Below, piece by piece: positions 51,491 to 62,355 of a stretch of 64,000 nt of DNA. Both the position numbers and the translations under genes were made by a program. The stretch spans positions 77,322 to 141,321 of the forward strand of contig CAWFOM010000002.1 of NCBI GenBank assembly GCA_963817385.1. Direction: 5' to 3'. Below the pieces are notes generated by a model. The model had not been told where the DNA came from. It did not search any database and saw nothing but the letters and a program-made list of their open reading frames with translations. The stretch's first letter is position 1; every line of letters begins with the position of its first letter. This DNA is from an uncultured delta proteobacterium. Lineage in GTDB: Bacteria > Desulfobacterota > Syntrophia > Syntrophales > UBA5619.

Positions 51491-52705
51491 ATGGCAAAAA
51501 TCAAAGTCGCAAATCCCGTCGTCGAGATGGACGGGGATGAAATGACCCGGATCATCTGGGCCAAGATCAAAGAGAAACTGATTTACCCGTACCTCGCGAT
51601 CGACCTCAAGTATTACGACCTCAGCATACAGAACCGCGATGCCACCGGGGATCAGGTTACCGTCGATGCCGCCAACGCCACGAAGCGATACGGCGTGGCG
51701 GTCAAGTGTGCGACCATCACTCACGACGAAGGACGCGTCAAGGAATTCGGTTCTCCCGAAATGCTGCGCAGCCCGAATGGCACGATCCGCAACATCCTGG
51801 ACGGCACCATCTTCCGCGAGCCGATCGTCTGCAAAAACGTGCCCCGCCTGATTGCCCACTGGGACAAGCCGGTCATCGTGGCGCGCCACGCCTTCGGCGA
51901 CCAGTACCGGGCCGCCGAATTCCTCTTCCCCGGCAAGGGGACGCTGAAGCTGACCTTCATCCCGCAAAACGGCGGCCCGGCGATCGAGAAAGAGGTGTTC
52001 AAGGCCACCGGCTCCGGCGCGGCCATGGCGATGTACAACACGGACGAGTCGATCAGCGGATTCGCGCGCGCCTGTTTCACCTACGGCCTGGCGCGCCGCT
52101 ACCCGGTCTATTTCTCGACCAAGAACACGATCCTCAAGATCTACGACGGCCGCTTCAAGAACCTCTTCCAGGAGATCTTCGACGCCGAGTTTGCGGATAA
52201 ATTCAAGGCCGCCGGGCTCACCTACGAACACCGCCTGATCGACGACATGGTCGCCTCCAACCTCAAGTGGAGCGGCGGTTACCTCTGGGCGTGCAAGAAT
52301 TACGACGGCGACGTACAGTCAGATACCGTGGCCCAGGGCTACGGCTCGCTCGGCCTGATGACCTCCGTCCTGATGAGCCCGGACGGGAAATCGTTCGAGG
52401 CGGAAGCCGCCCACGGCACGGTGACCCGCCACTACCGGGAACACCAGGCCGGCAGGGAAACCTCGACCAATCCGATCGCCTCGATCTTCGCCTGGACGCG
52501 CGGCCTGATCCGCCGCGGCGAGCTGGACGCGACGCCCGATGTGGTCACCTTCGCCAACACGCTGGAGCGGGTTTGCATCGAGTCGGTCGAAGCCGGCCAC
52601 ATGACCAAGGACCTGGCGATCATGATCGGCAAGGATCAGAAGTGGGAAACCACGAGCCAGTTTCTCGATACGCTCGATACGGAGCTCAAGCGCCGCATGG
52701 CATGA
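51491..52705 (+). CDS. icd: NADP-dependent isocitrate dehydrogenase (homodimeric, eukaryote-like type II)
   Basis: Canonical [54 protein letters not shown]. Confidence 0.96.
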   Translation: MAKIKVANPVVEMDGDEMTRIIWAKIKEKLIYPYLAIDLKYYDLSIQNRDATGDQVTVDAANATKRYGVAVKCATITHDEGRVKEFGSPEMLRSPNGTIRNILDGTIFREPIVCKNVPRLIAHWDKPVIVARHAFGDQYRAAEFLFPGKGTLKLTFIPQNGGPAIEKEVFKATGSGAAMAMYNTDESISGFARACFTYGLARRYPVYFSTKNTILKIYDGRFKNLFQEIFDAEFADKFKAAGLTYEHRLIDDMVASNLKWSGGYLWACKNYDGDVQSDTVAQGYGSLGLMTSVLMSPDGKSFEAEAAHGTVTRHYREHQAGRETSTNPIASIFAWTRGLIRRGELDATPDVVTFANTLERVCIESVEAGHMTKDLAIMIGKDQKWETTSQFLDTLDTELKRRMA

Positions 52706-52965
52706 TATCCCCGGCACGCAAGGCGCCTTTTGCCATCCATGCATCACAAACCCCGACCGCGGTGGATGGCAGGCACTTCCACACCGCCAACCCCTGCTTT
52801 TCGATGTATAATATCCCTGCCATGAATATCCTTGAATATCCTTGACAGGAACAACCAGGTCGCTTATTTTTGACCTCGCACAAAGACAAAGTTTCGTTAT
52901 TTCAGTCTCTTTGCATAGGAAGATCAGGAAATATTCAAACCAAACTATCTTACGGAAGGAAAGTC

Positions 52966-53382
52966 ATGGCCATTCACATCAAAAAGAAAGCGATCAACGT
53001 CAGCACGACCTACGAACCCAATGTGCGCCATTCGCAGGGCATCTGCGAGAACACGGTCGGGAAACTGGACAAGCCCTTTACGATGCAGTACGGCTTTATG
53101 CCGCCTGGCGCTAAAACACGGGCCCACTATCACACGGAAGCCGACCGCGGAAATTACGTCATCAGCGGACGCATCCGGTATTTCTTCGGACCGACGGACA
53201 ACCGGCAAATCATCGATGCGGAAGCGGGGGATTTCATTTTTACACCCAAAGGGGAAATCCATTCCCAGATGAACCTTTCGGAGACGGAATCGGCCGAATT
53301 CATCGGCGTCTATGTTGGTTGTGCCGACCGGGATCAGTCGGGCAAGACCTGGGCCGAGGAACCGTTGAAGGCAAAAAAATGA
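52966..53382 (+). CDS. Cupin domain protein
   Basis: PPG..TRAHYH..YVISG; GDFIFTPKGEIH..N. Confidence 0.85.
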   Translation: MAIHIKKKAINVSTTYEPNVRHSQGICENTVGKLDKPFTMQYGFMPPGAKTRAHYHTEADRGNYVISGRIRYFFGPTDNRQIIDAEAGDFIFTPKGEIHSQMNLSETESAEFIGVYVGCADRDQSGKTWAEEPLKAKK

Positions 53383-53472
53383 CAGGGAGTTTGTCATGAA
53401 AAAGACCTTGGCTATTTTTGCTTTGCAGACCGACCTCAGACCCTACTCCCATCAAGAAGGCGAATAATTGAC

Positions 53473-53820
53473 ATGCTGAAGCCGCTTATATTGTTAACAT
53501 TGTCAAATTTATTCATGACGTTTGCGTGGTATGGCCACCTTAAGAACATGAACGGGAAGCCCCTGTTCCTGATCATCCTCCTGAGTTGGGGGATCGCCTT
53601 CTTTGAATACGTTCTTCAGGTACCTGCGAACCGGATCGGTATCCATTATTTCAATCTGGGCCAGTTAAAGGTCATCCAGGAGATCATCACGATGATTATC
53701 TTTGCCGGCTTTGCCTTCTTCTACATGAAGCAACCGCTGAAGCTGGATTACCTCTGGGCAGGACTATGTCTCGTCGGCGCGGCCTATTTCATGTTTCGGG
53801 AAGGCGTACCCCATGCCTGA
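53473..53820 (+). CDS. DMT family small membrane protein (DUF486)
   Basis: SNLFMTFAWYGHLK, FFEYVLQVPANRIG, QLKVIQEIIT. Confidence 0.92.
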   Translation: MLKPLILLTLSNLFMTFAWYGHLKNMNGKPLFLIILLSWGIAFFEYVLQVPANRIGIHYFNLGQLKVIQEIITMIIFAGFAFFYMKQPLKLDYLWAGLCLVGAAYFMFREGVPHA

Positions 53821-53979
53821 AATTAACCGGGAATTGTCCCTCCTTTACTGCGAGGAAATTCGGCCGGGAGGAGAATATGGGGGCTGGTTTGCAAACCGCT
53901 GACAAAAAAAATCCATTGGACCTTTACTAAGCGTTATCGCGTATAACAGATCAAAATGTGCAGATTCTGGAGGGCGTTT

Positions 53980-54888
53980 TTACCGAGCCTTCTCACCGTC
54001 GCCGATTGCCGCGACAATCTCGTCAAAACGCTCGTAGAGACGCGAATAGTCGGTATCGGTCATGCCGTGGGCGATCGCCGCGTTGAGGAAGTCGCGGACG
54101 ACGGTGCCCAGCGGCACTTCCGTGTTGAGCGCACCGGCCAGCCCGACCGCCATCGACAAATCCTTGCGCAGATTATAGACGCGCGAACGGGCATCCCATT
54201 TGCCTGACAGGATATGTTTGGGAAATCTCACCTCGCTGGCATAGCTGCGGGCGTTCGACACGTTGAAAACAGCGATCATGTCGGCGAGATCGATGCCGGC
54301 GGCTTCGGCCATGCGGCCGCCCTCGCAGGTCGACAGAAAGATCGTGTGGCAGACCATATTGTGGATCAGCTTCATGGTATGTCCGGCGCCGCTGCCGCCC
54401 AGGTGGAAAATCCGGCTTGCGATCGGATCAAGCAGGGCGCGGGTGCGTTCGAACGCCGCCTTGTCGCCGCCGATCATCAGCGTCAGCGTCCCGGCATCGG
54501 CGCCGGTGGCGCCGCCGCTCATGCCGGCGTCGAGATAGGCGATGCCGCGCGCCGCCGCACGTGCGGCAATCTCCCTGGTCGCCATCGGATCCGAAGTGGT
54601 AAAGTCATAGACGATAAGCCCCTCTGCCGCCCTCGCCAGAACGCCATGATCGCCCTCAAAACACGATGCGATTTCCGGTGTCGCGGGAACGACGAAGATC
54701 ATGACGCTGCAGGTCGCCGCCATTTCGCCCGGCGGTGCGATGTCGACGCCGGCCAGGCCTTCAAATCCCCGGCAAGCCGCCGGGGCGGCATCCCACACCA
54801 TAAGCGGGACCCCCGATTTATGGAAATTGCGCGCAATGCCTCCACCCATATTGCCCAGTCCGACAACGCCGACTTTGTGCTCCATCAT
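53980..54888 (-). CDS. Beta-hydroxyacid dehydrogenase (3-hydroxyisobutyrate dehydrogenase family)
   Basis: GLGNMG, DAGMSGG..GA..GTLT.MIGG, GAGH.MKL.HN, KDL. Confidence 0.9.
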   Translation of the reverse strand: MMEHKVGVVGLGNMGGGIARNFHKSGVPLMVWDAAPAACRGFEGLAGVDIAPPGEMAATCSVMIFVVPATPEIASCFEGDHGVLARAAEGLIVYDFTTSDPMATREIAARAAARGIAYLDAGMSGGATGADAGTLTLMIGGDKAAFERTRALLDPIASRIFHLGGSGAGHTMKLIHNMVCHTIFLSTCEGGRMAEAAGIDLADMIAVFNVSNARSYASEVRFPKHILSGKWDARSRVYNLRKDLSMAVGLAGALNTEVPLGTVVRDFLNAAIAHGMTDTDYSRLYERFDEIVAAIGDGEKAR

Positions 54889-54931
54889 GAACATCTCCTT
54901 CGGAAAATGATACGGAAGCATCAGCCTGTCA

Positions 54932-55702
54932 TTACTGGGCCGAGCATCCGCCGTCGATCAACATCACCTGTCCGGTCGTGTAGCTGCATGCCTCCGTGGC
55001 AAAATATAAGACGATAGGGATAATTTCCGCCACTTCGGCGGCGCGTTTCAAAGGAATCTGCGCAACTCTCGCCTTCGGTATGGTTGGGATGGCCGTTGAA
55101 CCTTCATAGGAGCGATCCGTGTTGATTATCCCGGGGGCAACGGCATTTACCAGAATGTTATAGGGCGCCCACTCCAATGCGAGGGCCTGCGTAAGTTGAT
55201 TGAGCCCCCCCTTGCTGGCGCAATAGGCGGTAACATCGGCTCTTCCCCGGCTTCCGGCCCGGGAGGAAATATTGATGACCCTGCCGCCTCCCTGACGGAT
55301 CATGAAGGGGCCCACCGCTTTGCAGCAGAGGAAGGCCCCGGTGAGATTGGTATCGATGACGCTCCGCCACTCCTCCGCGGAGATCTCCAGCAGGGGTTTG
55401 TGAGACCGGGTGGCCGCATTGTTGACGAGAATATCGATCCTCCCGAATTCCGAAATGATTTTCTGAATCGCCTGCTCAACCTGCGAAAAGTTGGTGACAT
55501 CCATCACGATGGCCAACGCTTTCCGCCCTTGTTTCCTGATTTCCTCCGCCGTTTTTTCTATTTCCGGCAGGGACCGCGCGGTGAGAGCCACATCCGCACC
55601 GGCTTCGGCAAGGGAAAGGGCGATCGCCCTCCCCAAATTCCGTCCTGCCCCGGTAACCAGGGCTACTTTGTTCCGGAGTTTGAATCGGTCTATCACGGGC
55701 AT
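54932..55702 (-). CDS. Classical SDR (gluconate 5-dehydrogenase/KduD-like)
   Basis: TGAGRNLG, NNAA, YCASK, LALEWAPYNI.VNAVAPG. Confidence 0.9.
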   Translation of the reverse strand: MPVIDRFKLRNKVALVTGAGRNLGRAIALSLAEAGADVALTARSLPEIEKTAEEIRKQGRKALAIVMDVTNFSQVEQAIQKIISEFGRIDILVNNAATRSHKPLLEISAEEWRSVIDTNLTGAFLCCKAVGPFMIRQGGGRVINISSRAGSRGRADVTAYCASKGGLNQLTQALALEWAPYNILVNAVAPGIINTDRSYEGSTAIPTIPKARVAQIPLKRAAEVAEIIPIVLYFATEACSYTTGQVMLIDGGCSAQ

Positions 55703-56541
55703 GTTGAAACCTCCTTGGATGTCCTGCCGGGGCCGACGTAGCCGGCGTCCGCGAGGCTGCCGGCCCCGGTAAGGACACCGATTAATTCAAGTGATACGCC
55801 GGAATCGGCATTCCGCATGCCGAATTCCACTCCCTTCGGAACCAAAATGAAGTGGCCGGCGCGCACCGGGAGCCGTTGCGCACCCGACCGTGCCACGCCG
55901 CTGCCACGGACGACGAAGTAAAGCTGCTCGCCGTTGTCGAGGCGATGATCGTCGATCGCCCCTCCGGTCTCGATCACCGCTTGAATCAGGGCATTGGCGC
56001 TGCCGTTATGGCTGCCGACCGGCAGCCGCACTTCCGTGGCCGAATACGCAGAGAAGCCGCTGGTATCCAACGGACCGACATCCTGCAGGCGGATGTGAAT
56101 GCCTTCGTTGAGGCCGGTTCGCGGCATATCCAGATCGGCGGGCCGGACATCGCCGCAACACTCATAACCGCTGTCGACGACGCTCGCCGCCCCCATATAG
56201 AAACCGATGACGATGGCATCTTCAGCGGTCGTTTCGTTGAAAAAGAAATGTTCCGAGCCGCGGGGCATCAGACGACAGTGGCCGGCCCCGACCTCGGCGC
56301 GGCTGTCGCCCTGCCCGACCACGCCGTGTCCCTGTAGATAGACGGCGATCTCGTCGCTGTCACGGTGCAGGTGTTTTGCATGCTTTGAGCCGGGCCGGAA
56401 GATTGAATGAAAGGCCGTCGTCGCGCTGCCGTGCGCGCCGCTGATCGGCAGCCGGAACTCCGATATCGCCCAGCCTTCGCGTCGCTCCATACGCTCGATG
56501 GGGACGTCGTCGACATGGATCGTCGTAATCGCACCCTGCAT
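55693..56541 (-). CDS. Bicupin protein
   Basis: Two cupin repeats: HAKHLH.DSDE...EH and DHR..GEQ...VPKG. Confidence 0.8.
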   Translation of the reverse strand: MQGAITTIHVDDVPIERMERREGWAISEFRLPISGAHGSATTAFHSIFRPGSKHAKHLHRDSDEIAVYLQGHGVVGQGDSRAEVGAGHCRLMPRGSEHFFFNETTAEDAIVIGFYMGAASVVDSGYECCGDVRPADLDMPRTGLNEGIHIRLQDVGPLDTSGFSAYSATEVRLPVGSHNGSANALIQAVIETGGAIDDHRLDNGEQLYFVVRGSGVARSGAQRLPVRAGHFILVPKGVEFGMRNADSGVSLELIGVLTGAGSLADAGYVGPGRTSKEVSTCP

Positions 56542-56805
56542 GACAGGAACCTCCTCTCAACCCCCTTTGTTCAGCGCCCGGCGCCGGGACGCACCCATCA
56601 CCTCAGCGGGTTTAATGGTACTTCAAGGACGGGATTATTAGAACCGTCGGGAATAGTTTCACCGTTCTTTCTGATTTGTCAATTTTTTTATCTCGCACGT
56701 TTATCAGGCTACCGAACGGACTTGTCTGTCAAGGAAATAATGGTTTGCGTGCCGGGCTTTCCGGTTTCCCGTTTCGCGCGGCAGCGGCGGAAAAGAGTGA
56801 GGGGC

Positions 56806-58665
56806 CTATGTTCCGACGGAGGCGCGGCAGCGGCGGGCAAGGGCGCGGAGCCGTGGAAGCGCTCCCGTCCGGCCGGCGACGTCGATCAGGAGTTCCAGGG
56901 CGGGGGGGATGTGCGCGAGGAAATGGGGTTTCCCCCGTTCGAGGCCGAGAAACCCGTACGCCCCGAGGGCCTGCATCAGGCGCTGAGCGGCGGCGAGGAG
57001 GAAGAGCTCCCGGAACTCCTGCCGGCTGTACGACGGACGGGAAAGGTCGTAGTAACAGCCGAGGAGCGCCGTGCGGTCCGTCTCCCCAATCCCGACATAG
57101 GGATCGCAGAGGAGCGATCCGAGATCGTAGAAGGGGCTCCCGAGGCGCATCCCCTGGAAGTCGATCAGGACCGGCGCCCCGTTTACGATCATCACGTTCT
57201 GCGACTGGAGATCCCGGTGGACGAGGGCCGGGGGCGTTTCCAGCAGGCGCCGGGCAAGGGCCGCGAGCTCCGTCTCGAGCGCCACCTCTTCAGAGGCGGA
57301 AAGGTCGAGGCGGCAGACCTTCCGGAGGCACTGTTCCCGGAAGTAGTCCCGTTCCCAGCGGTAGAGCTCCGGACCGAAGCCGGGCATCAGACGGACGCTT
57401 GCGGGGAGGCGCCCCGGCTTGAATGCATGCAATCGGGCTGCGAGGACCAGGGTTTTCTCGTAGAGGCCGCGGCGGAGCTCCCCGGGGGCGTCGCGCAGCG
57501 CGAAGAGATCCTCGTCGCCCAGGTCCTCCATGAGCAGGAGCCCTCGCTCCGGATCATGGCCGATAAGAGCGGGAACGGCCACGCCGATCTCCTTAAGGAA
57601 ACCGGCGATCCCCGCGTAGTAATTGTTCTCCTCGCGCAACCGGCCGTAGCACATGAGGATGACGGGATCGCGGCCGCAGGCGGCAACGCGGCAGTAGTCG
57701 CGGTCCGACCCACCGCGCCCGACGGGGGTAAAGACAATGCCGGCCTCCGCCGGCAGACCGAGGATTGCGCGGATAAACGCCTCCGCCTCCTCGCCCTGTC
57801 TGTCGCATCCATTACCCGCAGCCGCACCGTTCTGCCCGGAATGTACGGTATTGAGGGCCGCCTCCCGCCCGTCGGCCTGCCCAGGGATCCGGCGGTCAAG
57901 GCGCGGCTTCTCCGCTGCCTGGGGGACTCTGGTATCACGGTCATACCGGAGGTGTGTTCCCGCGCTCCTGATCCGCTCATACCCCTCCGGATCGCCGATG
58001 TCCAGCCATGAGCCCTCGTCGATCACGACATTCGCGACCGAACCGGGCGACTTTCGGATCATCTCAGCGAAGACCGGAACAACCGACTCGGCTTTTCCGG
58101 GCGTCAACCGCCGGAGGAACGGCTTTTCCACCGCATAGATCCCCGTGAAGAGGCAGCGCCGGACGCCGGGATTCCCCAGAAGCCCCCGCAGGTCGCAGAC
58201 GATGCCCTCTGCATCGACGGAGACGTTCGTGACGGGTCCCCGGTTCCTCAGGGCAAGGGTGACCTCTTGCTTCCCCGCTGCATGGGCTTCGAGAAGCCGA
58301 CCGAGAGGAAGATCTGAAATGACATCTCCATTGTAAACAAGGATACTTTCCTCATCGCTCAGCAGATCCTCGATATTCTTCAGCCCCCCGGCCGTATCGA
58401 GAAGGAGCGGTTCATGACGGAAGAGGATCGGCCATCCCCGCCAGCTCCGCTCGGGGAACGCCCGGTCGTAGGCCTCGGGGCAGTGGTGGGTGTTGACGAT
58501 GAACCGTTCGATCCCGACGGTGAGGCAGTGGTCGATCGCAAAGGTGATGAGCGGACGGCCGCCGACCGGCAGGAGCGGCTTGGGACAGTCGTCCGTCAGG
58601 GGCCGCAGGCGCGTCCCCAGTCCCGCCCCGAGGATAAATGCTGTCCGGATCTTTGTGGATTTCAT
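56806..58665 (-). CDS. Fused MurU-like nucleotidyltransferase and AmgK-like phosphotransferase
   Basis: N-terminal LGAGLGTRLRPLT...PKPL and YNGD; C-terminal GGSDR.Y.R, LLMEDLGD, HRDLQSQN, IDFQ, YDLGSLL.DPY, QRLMQALGAYGFL. Confidence 0.88.
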   Translation of the reverse strand: MKSTKIRTAFILGAGLGTRLRPLTDDCPKPLLPVGGRPLITFAIDHCLTVGIERFIVNTHHCPEAYDRAFPERSWRGWPILFRHEPLLLDTAGGLKNIEDLLSDEESILVYNGDVISDLPLGRLLEAHAAGKQEVTLALRNRGPVTNVSVDAEGIVCDLRGLLGNPGVRRCLFTGIYAVEKPFLRRLTPGKAESVVPVFAEMIRKSPGSVANVVIDEGSWLDIGDPEGYERIRSAGTHLRYDRDTRVPQAAEKPRLDRRIPGQADGREAALNTVHSGQNGAAAGNGCDRQGEEAEAFIRAILGLPAEAGIVFTPVGRGGSDRDYCRVAACGRDPVILMCYGRLREENNYYAGIAGFLKEIGVAVPALIGHDPERGLLLMEDLGDEDLFALRDAPGELRRGLYEKTLVLAARLHAFKPGRLPASVRLMPGFGPELYRWERDYFREQCLRKVCRLDLSASEEVALETELAALARRLLETPPALVHRDLQSQNVMIVNGAPVLIDFQGMRLGSPFYDLGSLLCDPYVGIGETDRTALLGCYYDLSRPSYSRQEFRELFLLAAAQRLMQALGAYGFLGLERGKPHFLAHIPPALELLIDVAGRTGALPRLRALARRCRASVGT

Positions 58666-58891
58666 CGCTGTCTTATCCTTTGTTACATTCCCGTAAGCGA
58701 ATGTCTCCCCCCGGAAGGGTGATTTCACAAACGGGCTCTTCTTTATCACTCTTCTCCCTCTCCCTGTCGGAGGGGAGGGTGCTTCGGCGAGGGCACATTG
58801 GAGATTTTTTCGGGGTCACCATGCCGCGCCGCGCATGGTCGAAAAAAGATCCGTGCCCGGCCGAAGCGCCCTCCCCTCCGGCAGGCCCCTC

Positions 58892-60173
58892 CTACTCCCC
58901 CTTCCCGAACGCCGGATCGATCCGGATCATGGCCGCCACGATGAAACCGGGAATCGTCGAGAGGAGTATCCAGAGAAAGAAATGTGCGTACCCCAACTGC
59001 TCCTGAAGCCAGCCGGATACCATCGCCGGGATCATCATCCCGAGGGCCATGATCCCCGTCGCGATTGCGTAATGGACCGTTTTGTACTCTCCCTGGGAGA
59101 CCATGATCATGACAAGACTATAGGCCGTAAAGCCGAACCCGTAACCGAACTGCTCCGTCGCCACGGCGAGGTTGATCAGAAGCAGGCTCTCCGGCATCGT
59201 CCGGGAGAGCCAGATGAAGATCGCGTCCGGCAGGTGCATCGCGCAGACCATGATCCAGAGCCAGTGCTTGAGGCCGTTCCGGGAGATGACCCAGCCGCCC
59301 AGGAGTCCTCCGAGCATGAGCGCGATCGCCCCGACCGTCCCGTAGACGATCCCCACCTCCGCGGTCGAGAGTCCGAGCCCTCCCTTTGTCCGCGGATCGA
59401 GGAGGAAGGGGGCGACCATCTTCACGAGCTGCGCCTCGGCAAACCGGTAGAGGAGGAGGAAGGCGAGGACCGCAAGGATGTCCTTCCTCCGGAAGAAGAG
59501 CGCGAAGCCCCGAAGAAATTCCGCGGATCGGGTCCGGGAGAGGTCACGGGGAACCGGCCGGTCTCCCGCCGGATAGGGCAGAACGAACAGATGGTAGAGG
59601 AAGAGCGCCAGCATGATCGCGGCCAGGAGGAAGAAGGTCACCGACCAGGCCGACTGCACGCTGAACCCTCGCTGCTTCCAGGGTCCCCGCCAGTACGACC
59701 AGGATCCCCTTGGCGGCGATCATCGCGATCCGGTAGAAGATCGTCCTCACCCCGACAAAAGCCGCCTGCTGGTACTCCTTGAGACCGAGCATGTAGAAAC
59801 CATCGGCGGCGATGTCGTGGGTGGCCGAGCTGAAGGCCATGATCCAGAAGAAGGCCAGGGTGTAGCGCACGAATCCCGGCGCCGGGATCGTGAGCGCGAC
59901 GCAGGCGAACGACGCCCCGACCGCGAGCTGCATCGCGACGATCCAGAACCTCTTCGTCCGGAACATGTCGACGAAGGGACTCCAGAGCGGCTTGATCACC
60001 CACGGGAGGTAGAGCCAGCTCGTATAGAGAGCGATATCGGTATTGGAGACGCCGAGACGCTTGTAGAGGATCACCGAAACCGTCATGGCCATGACGTAGG
60101 GGGTGCCTTCGGCGAGGTAGAGCGACGGGACCCACGCCCAGGGATTCCGCGTCGAGTGTTTTTCCTGTTTCAT
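58892..60173 (-). CDS. ampG: AmpG-family muropeptide MFS permease, +1 frameshift near 59670
   Basis: LYLAEGTP, KPLWSPFVD, SATHDIAADGFY, LLYRFAE; joins to 426 aa. Confidence 0.88.
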
Positions 60174-60190
60174 CGCCCCTCCCCTTACAA

Positions 60191-61516
60191 TCAGTACCGC
60201 TTCACCAGCGCCGCGCCGCGGAAATAGTGCCGGAGGATCTCTTCTGCAGAAAACCCCTTCTCTGCCATGACGGCGGCCCCGATCTGGCAGAGGCCGACGC
60301 CGTGTCCCCAGCCCGCCCCGAAGAAGGTGAAGCGGGTCGGCATTCCGGACGGCGACCGGGTCGTGCAGACGATGAAGGCGCTGCTGTAGAGATGGCTCGG
60401 CGAGAGCCAGCGGCGTATCTCCAGCTCCTTCCCGACGGCAATCGTCGCCTTTGACCCCTCGATCCTGAGCAGGCGGATCCGTCCGGAAGGGCCGCGTTCG
60501 ATGGGCACGATGCCGCGGAGATCACCGAAGTCGATCCCCGATTTCGTCTGGAGGATCGCCTCCAGTTCCTCCCTTCCATAACTTACCTGCCAGCGGAAGA
60601 AGTCGGCCGTCTCCCGGTCGAACGAGGGGAGAATCCTCCCGAGAAGGTTCTGATCGCTCGTGCGGCAGTATACATCGGGGCAGGAGAGTATCCAGCGCTC
60701 CGCATCCCCTTCCGTCCGGATCGGGGCATGGGGCGTTAATGAGTCGGAGGCATGGGAGAGGTAAGGAACCGCGGTCTCTTCCCAGCAGGTCGCGAAGTTC
60801 TCCGTCATGCCGCCGCATACCTTGTGGTAGCGGGCGTCACAGATTTTACCTTCATGGATCAAAAAGACGCCCCGCGTCTCCCTGGCGGCCTCCGCGGCCC
60901 TGCCGGACACCCTGCCGGTGATCCCCTGATACCGCTGGCAATGGTCGTCGGCGCAAACGTCGAACAGGGCATGGTCCTCGCGGTCGTACCAGCGGACAAC
61001 CTCCCCTGCACGACGAATTGCGTTTCCCTGTTCGCCTCTGGGCTCCCTCTCCCCCCGGCCGCGATTCAGCATTGCGACAAGCCAGCTCCGCGAGGTGATG
61101 GCGTGCGCCTTGAGGAAGGCAAAGGGCGCTTCGCCGCTCATCTCCGACGAGACGACGCTCAGCAGATATTCCTCCACGGAAAGCTCGTTGACGGCGACGA
61201 GCGCCCCTTCCCCCGTCGCAAGAAACATGAGATCCCCGGAAAACGTCTGCTCCTCCCGGCGCTCCCAGTGAAACCGGACGCCGATCGTCACCGCCTGAAG
61301 GGTGAAGGTGCCCGCCTTCACCGCGGCAAGCCGGATCTCCGTCCCCCGGCAGAGCTCCCGGCCGCAGGCGTCGTACAAAGCGATTACGCTCTCCCGCGGT
61401 CGGACGGCGAATTCGCCGGTAAGCGGCAGTCCGCCCGCCTGGTAAACGCCGTTCAACCGCCCCCGGATTTCGGGATACCCGTCGCAGATACCGACTCTGA
61501 TCTTCGGCTCGTCCAT
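60191..61516 (-). CDS. SpoIID/LytB domain protein (lytic transglycosylase-like)
   Basis: VNEL.VEEYL.SVVSSEM, LKAHAITSRS, FDVCADDHCQRYQG, GAGWGHGVGLCQIGA. Confidence 0.92.
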   Translation of the reverse strand: MDEPKIRVGICDGYPEIRGRLNGVYQAGGLPLTGEFAVRPRESVIALYDACGRELCRGTEIRLAAVKAGTFTLQAVTIGVRFHWERREEQTFSGDLMFLATGEGALVAVNELSVEEYLLSVVSSEMSGEAPFAFLKAHAITSRSWLVAMLNRGRGEREPRGEQGNAIRRAGEVVRWYDREDHALFDVCADDHCQRYQGITGRVSGRAAEAARETRGVFLIHEGKICDARYHKVCGGMTENFATCWEETAVPYLSHASDSLTPHAPIRTEGDAERWILSCPDVYCRTSDQNLLGRILPSFDRETADFFRWQVSYGREELEAILQTKSGIDFGDLRGIVPIERGPSGRIRLLRIEGSKATIAVGKELEIRRWLSPSHLYSSAFIVCTTRSPSGMPTRFTFFGAGWGHGVGLCQIGAAVMAEKGFSAEEILRHYFRGAALVKRY

Positions 61517-61554
61517 CAATACAATCTTTCTTTTTTCAAGACCCCTCCGGGCAC

Positions 61555-62103
61555 TTACTTCTCGAAGTGGTGGTAATCCCGCATATGGTCGAAATCGCCT
61601 CCCCAGCGCCACCCGCGCTCCCGAAAGGTGCGGACCGCCGGATGTTCGCCGGTGAAGGTCCCCGGATCACCCGGCCGGTAGAGGGCCCCCGCCGGGGCGA
61701 TCCGGCCGTCCGGATAGAGCGCGGGGTTCCTGAATGGGTTGATGTCGAGGGCTCTTCCCGTCGCATGGCGGGAAAGCGTCTGAGTCCCCGCGATGAAACG
61801 ATAATTGAAGGCCGAGGTGTTGTCCGCGGCCATCGACGCCTCGTCGGACCAACCGTACCGGACGATCGGAACGGCGCCTCCGATTGGAAAGCTCCCTTGC
61901 TCCAAGAGCGTGAAGATCTCCCGGACCTCCGCCGCGAGCTCCCGGTGGATGACAAGCTGGCCCGCATGCAGACGGCCGTCGAACCCCCAATACCGGACAT
62001 CGATCAGGCAAAGGGCATCCAGGACCTCCCGCGGCGCCGTCGTCCCGACTACGGCTTCAGCGAAGTCCATCGCACTGTCCACAATCACACCGACATTCGC
62101 CAC
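61555..62103 (-). CDS. M15 family Zn peptidoglycan peptidase
   Basis: NTSAFNYR, SRHATGRALDINP, WGGD...DYHHFE. Confidence 0.9.
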   Translation of the reverse strand: MANVGVIVDSAMDFAEAVVGTTAPREVLDALCLIDVRYWGFDGRLHAGQLVIHRELAAEVREIFTLLEQGSFPIGGAVPIVRYGWSDEASMAADNTSAFNYRFIAGTQTLSRHATGRALDINPFRNPALYPDGRIAPAGALYRPGDPGTFTGEHPAVRTFRERGWRWGGDFDHMRDYHHFEK

Positions 62104-62355
62104 TTCGCCCTCCTCGATGCACCGATCAGAGATCCTTACCTGCCGGAACCGTTCCCCTTCTATCGCGATTCGGGCGATTGATCAACCGGGAAATAAAACA
62201 GGAACAGATACCTAATTTCTTAGTGAAGAATTGGATATCTGTTCCTGTTTTATTTCCTTGAAATATTTAAGGACATCGCTTACAAGGGCTGAGGCCGGAG
62301 GGGCGGAAGCGCTGCTGGATTCAGCCCGATCCCGGACCATGAAAACGGAGGTACC

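Noticed and set aside
58755..58782. CCCTCTCCC..GAGGGGAGGG hairpin as a REP element
   Set aside because: Short, imperfect and single copy; insufficient support
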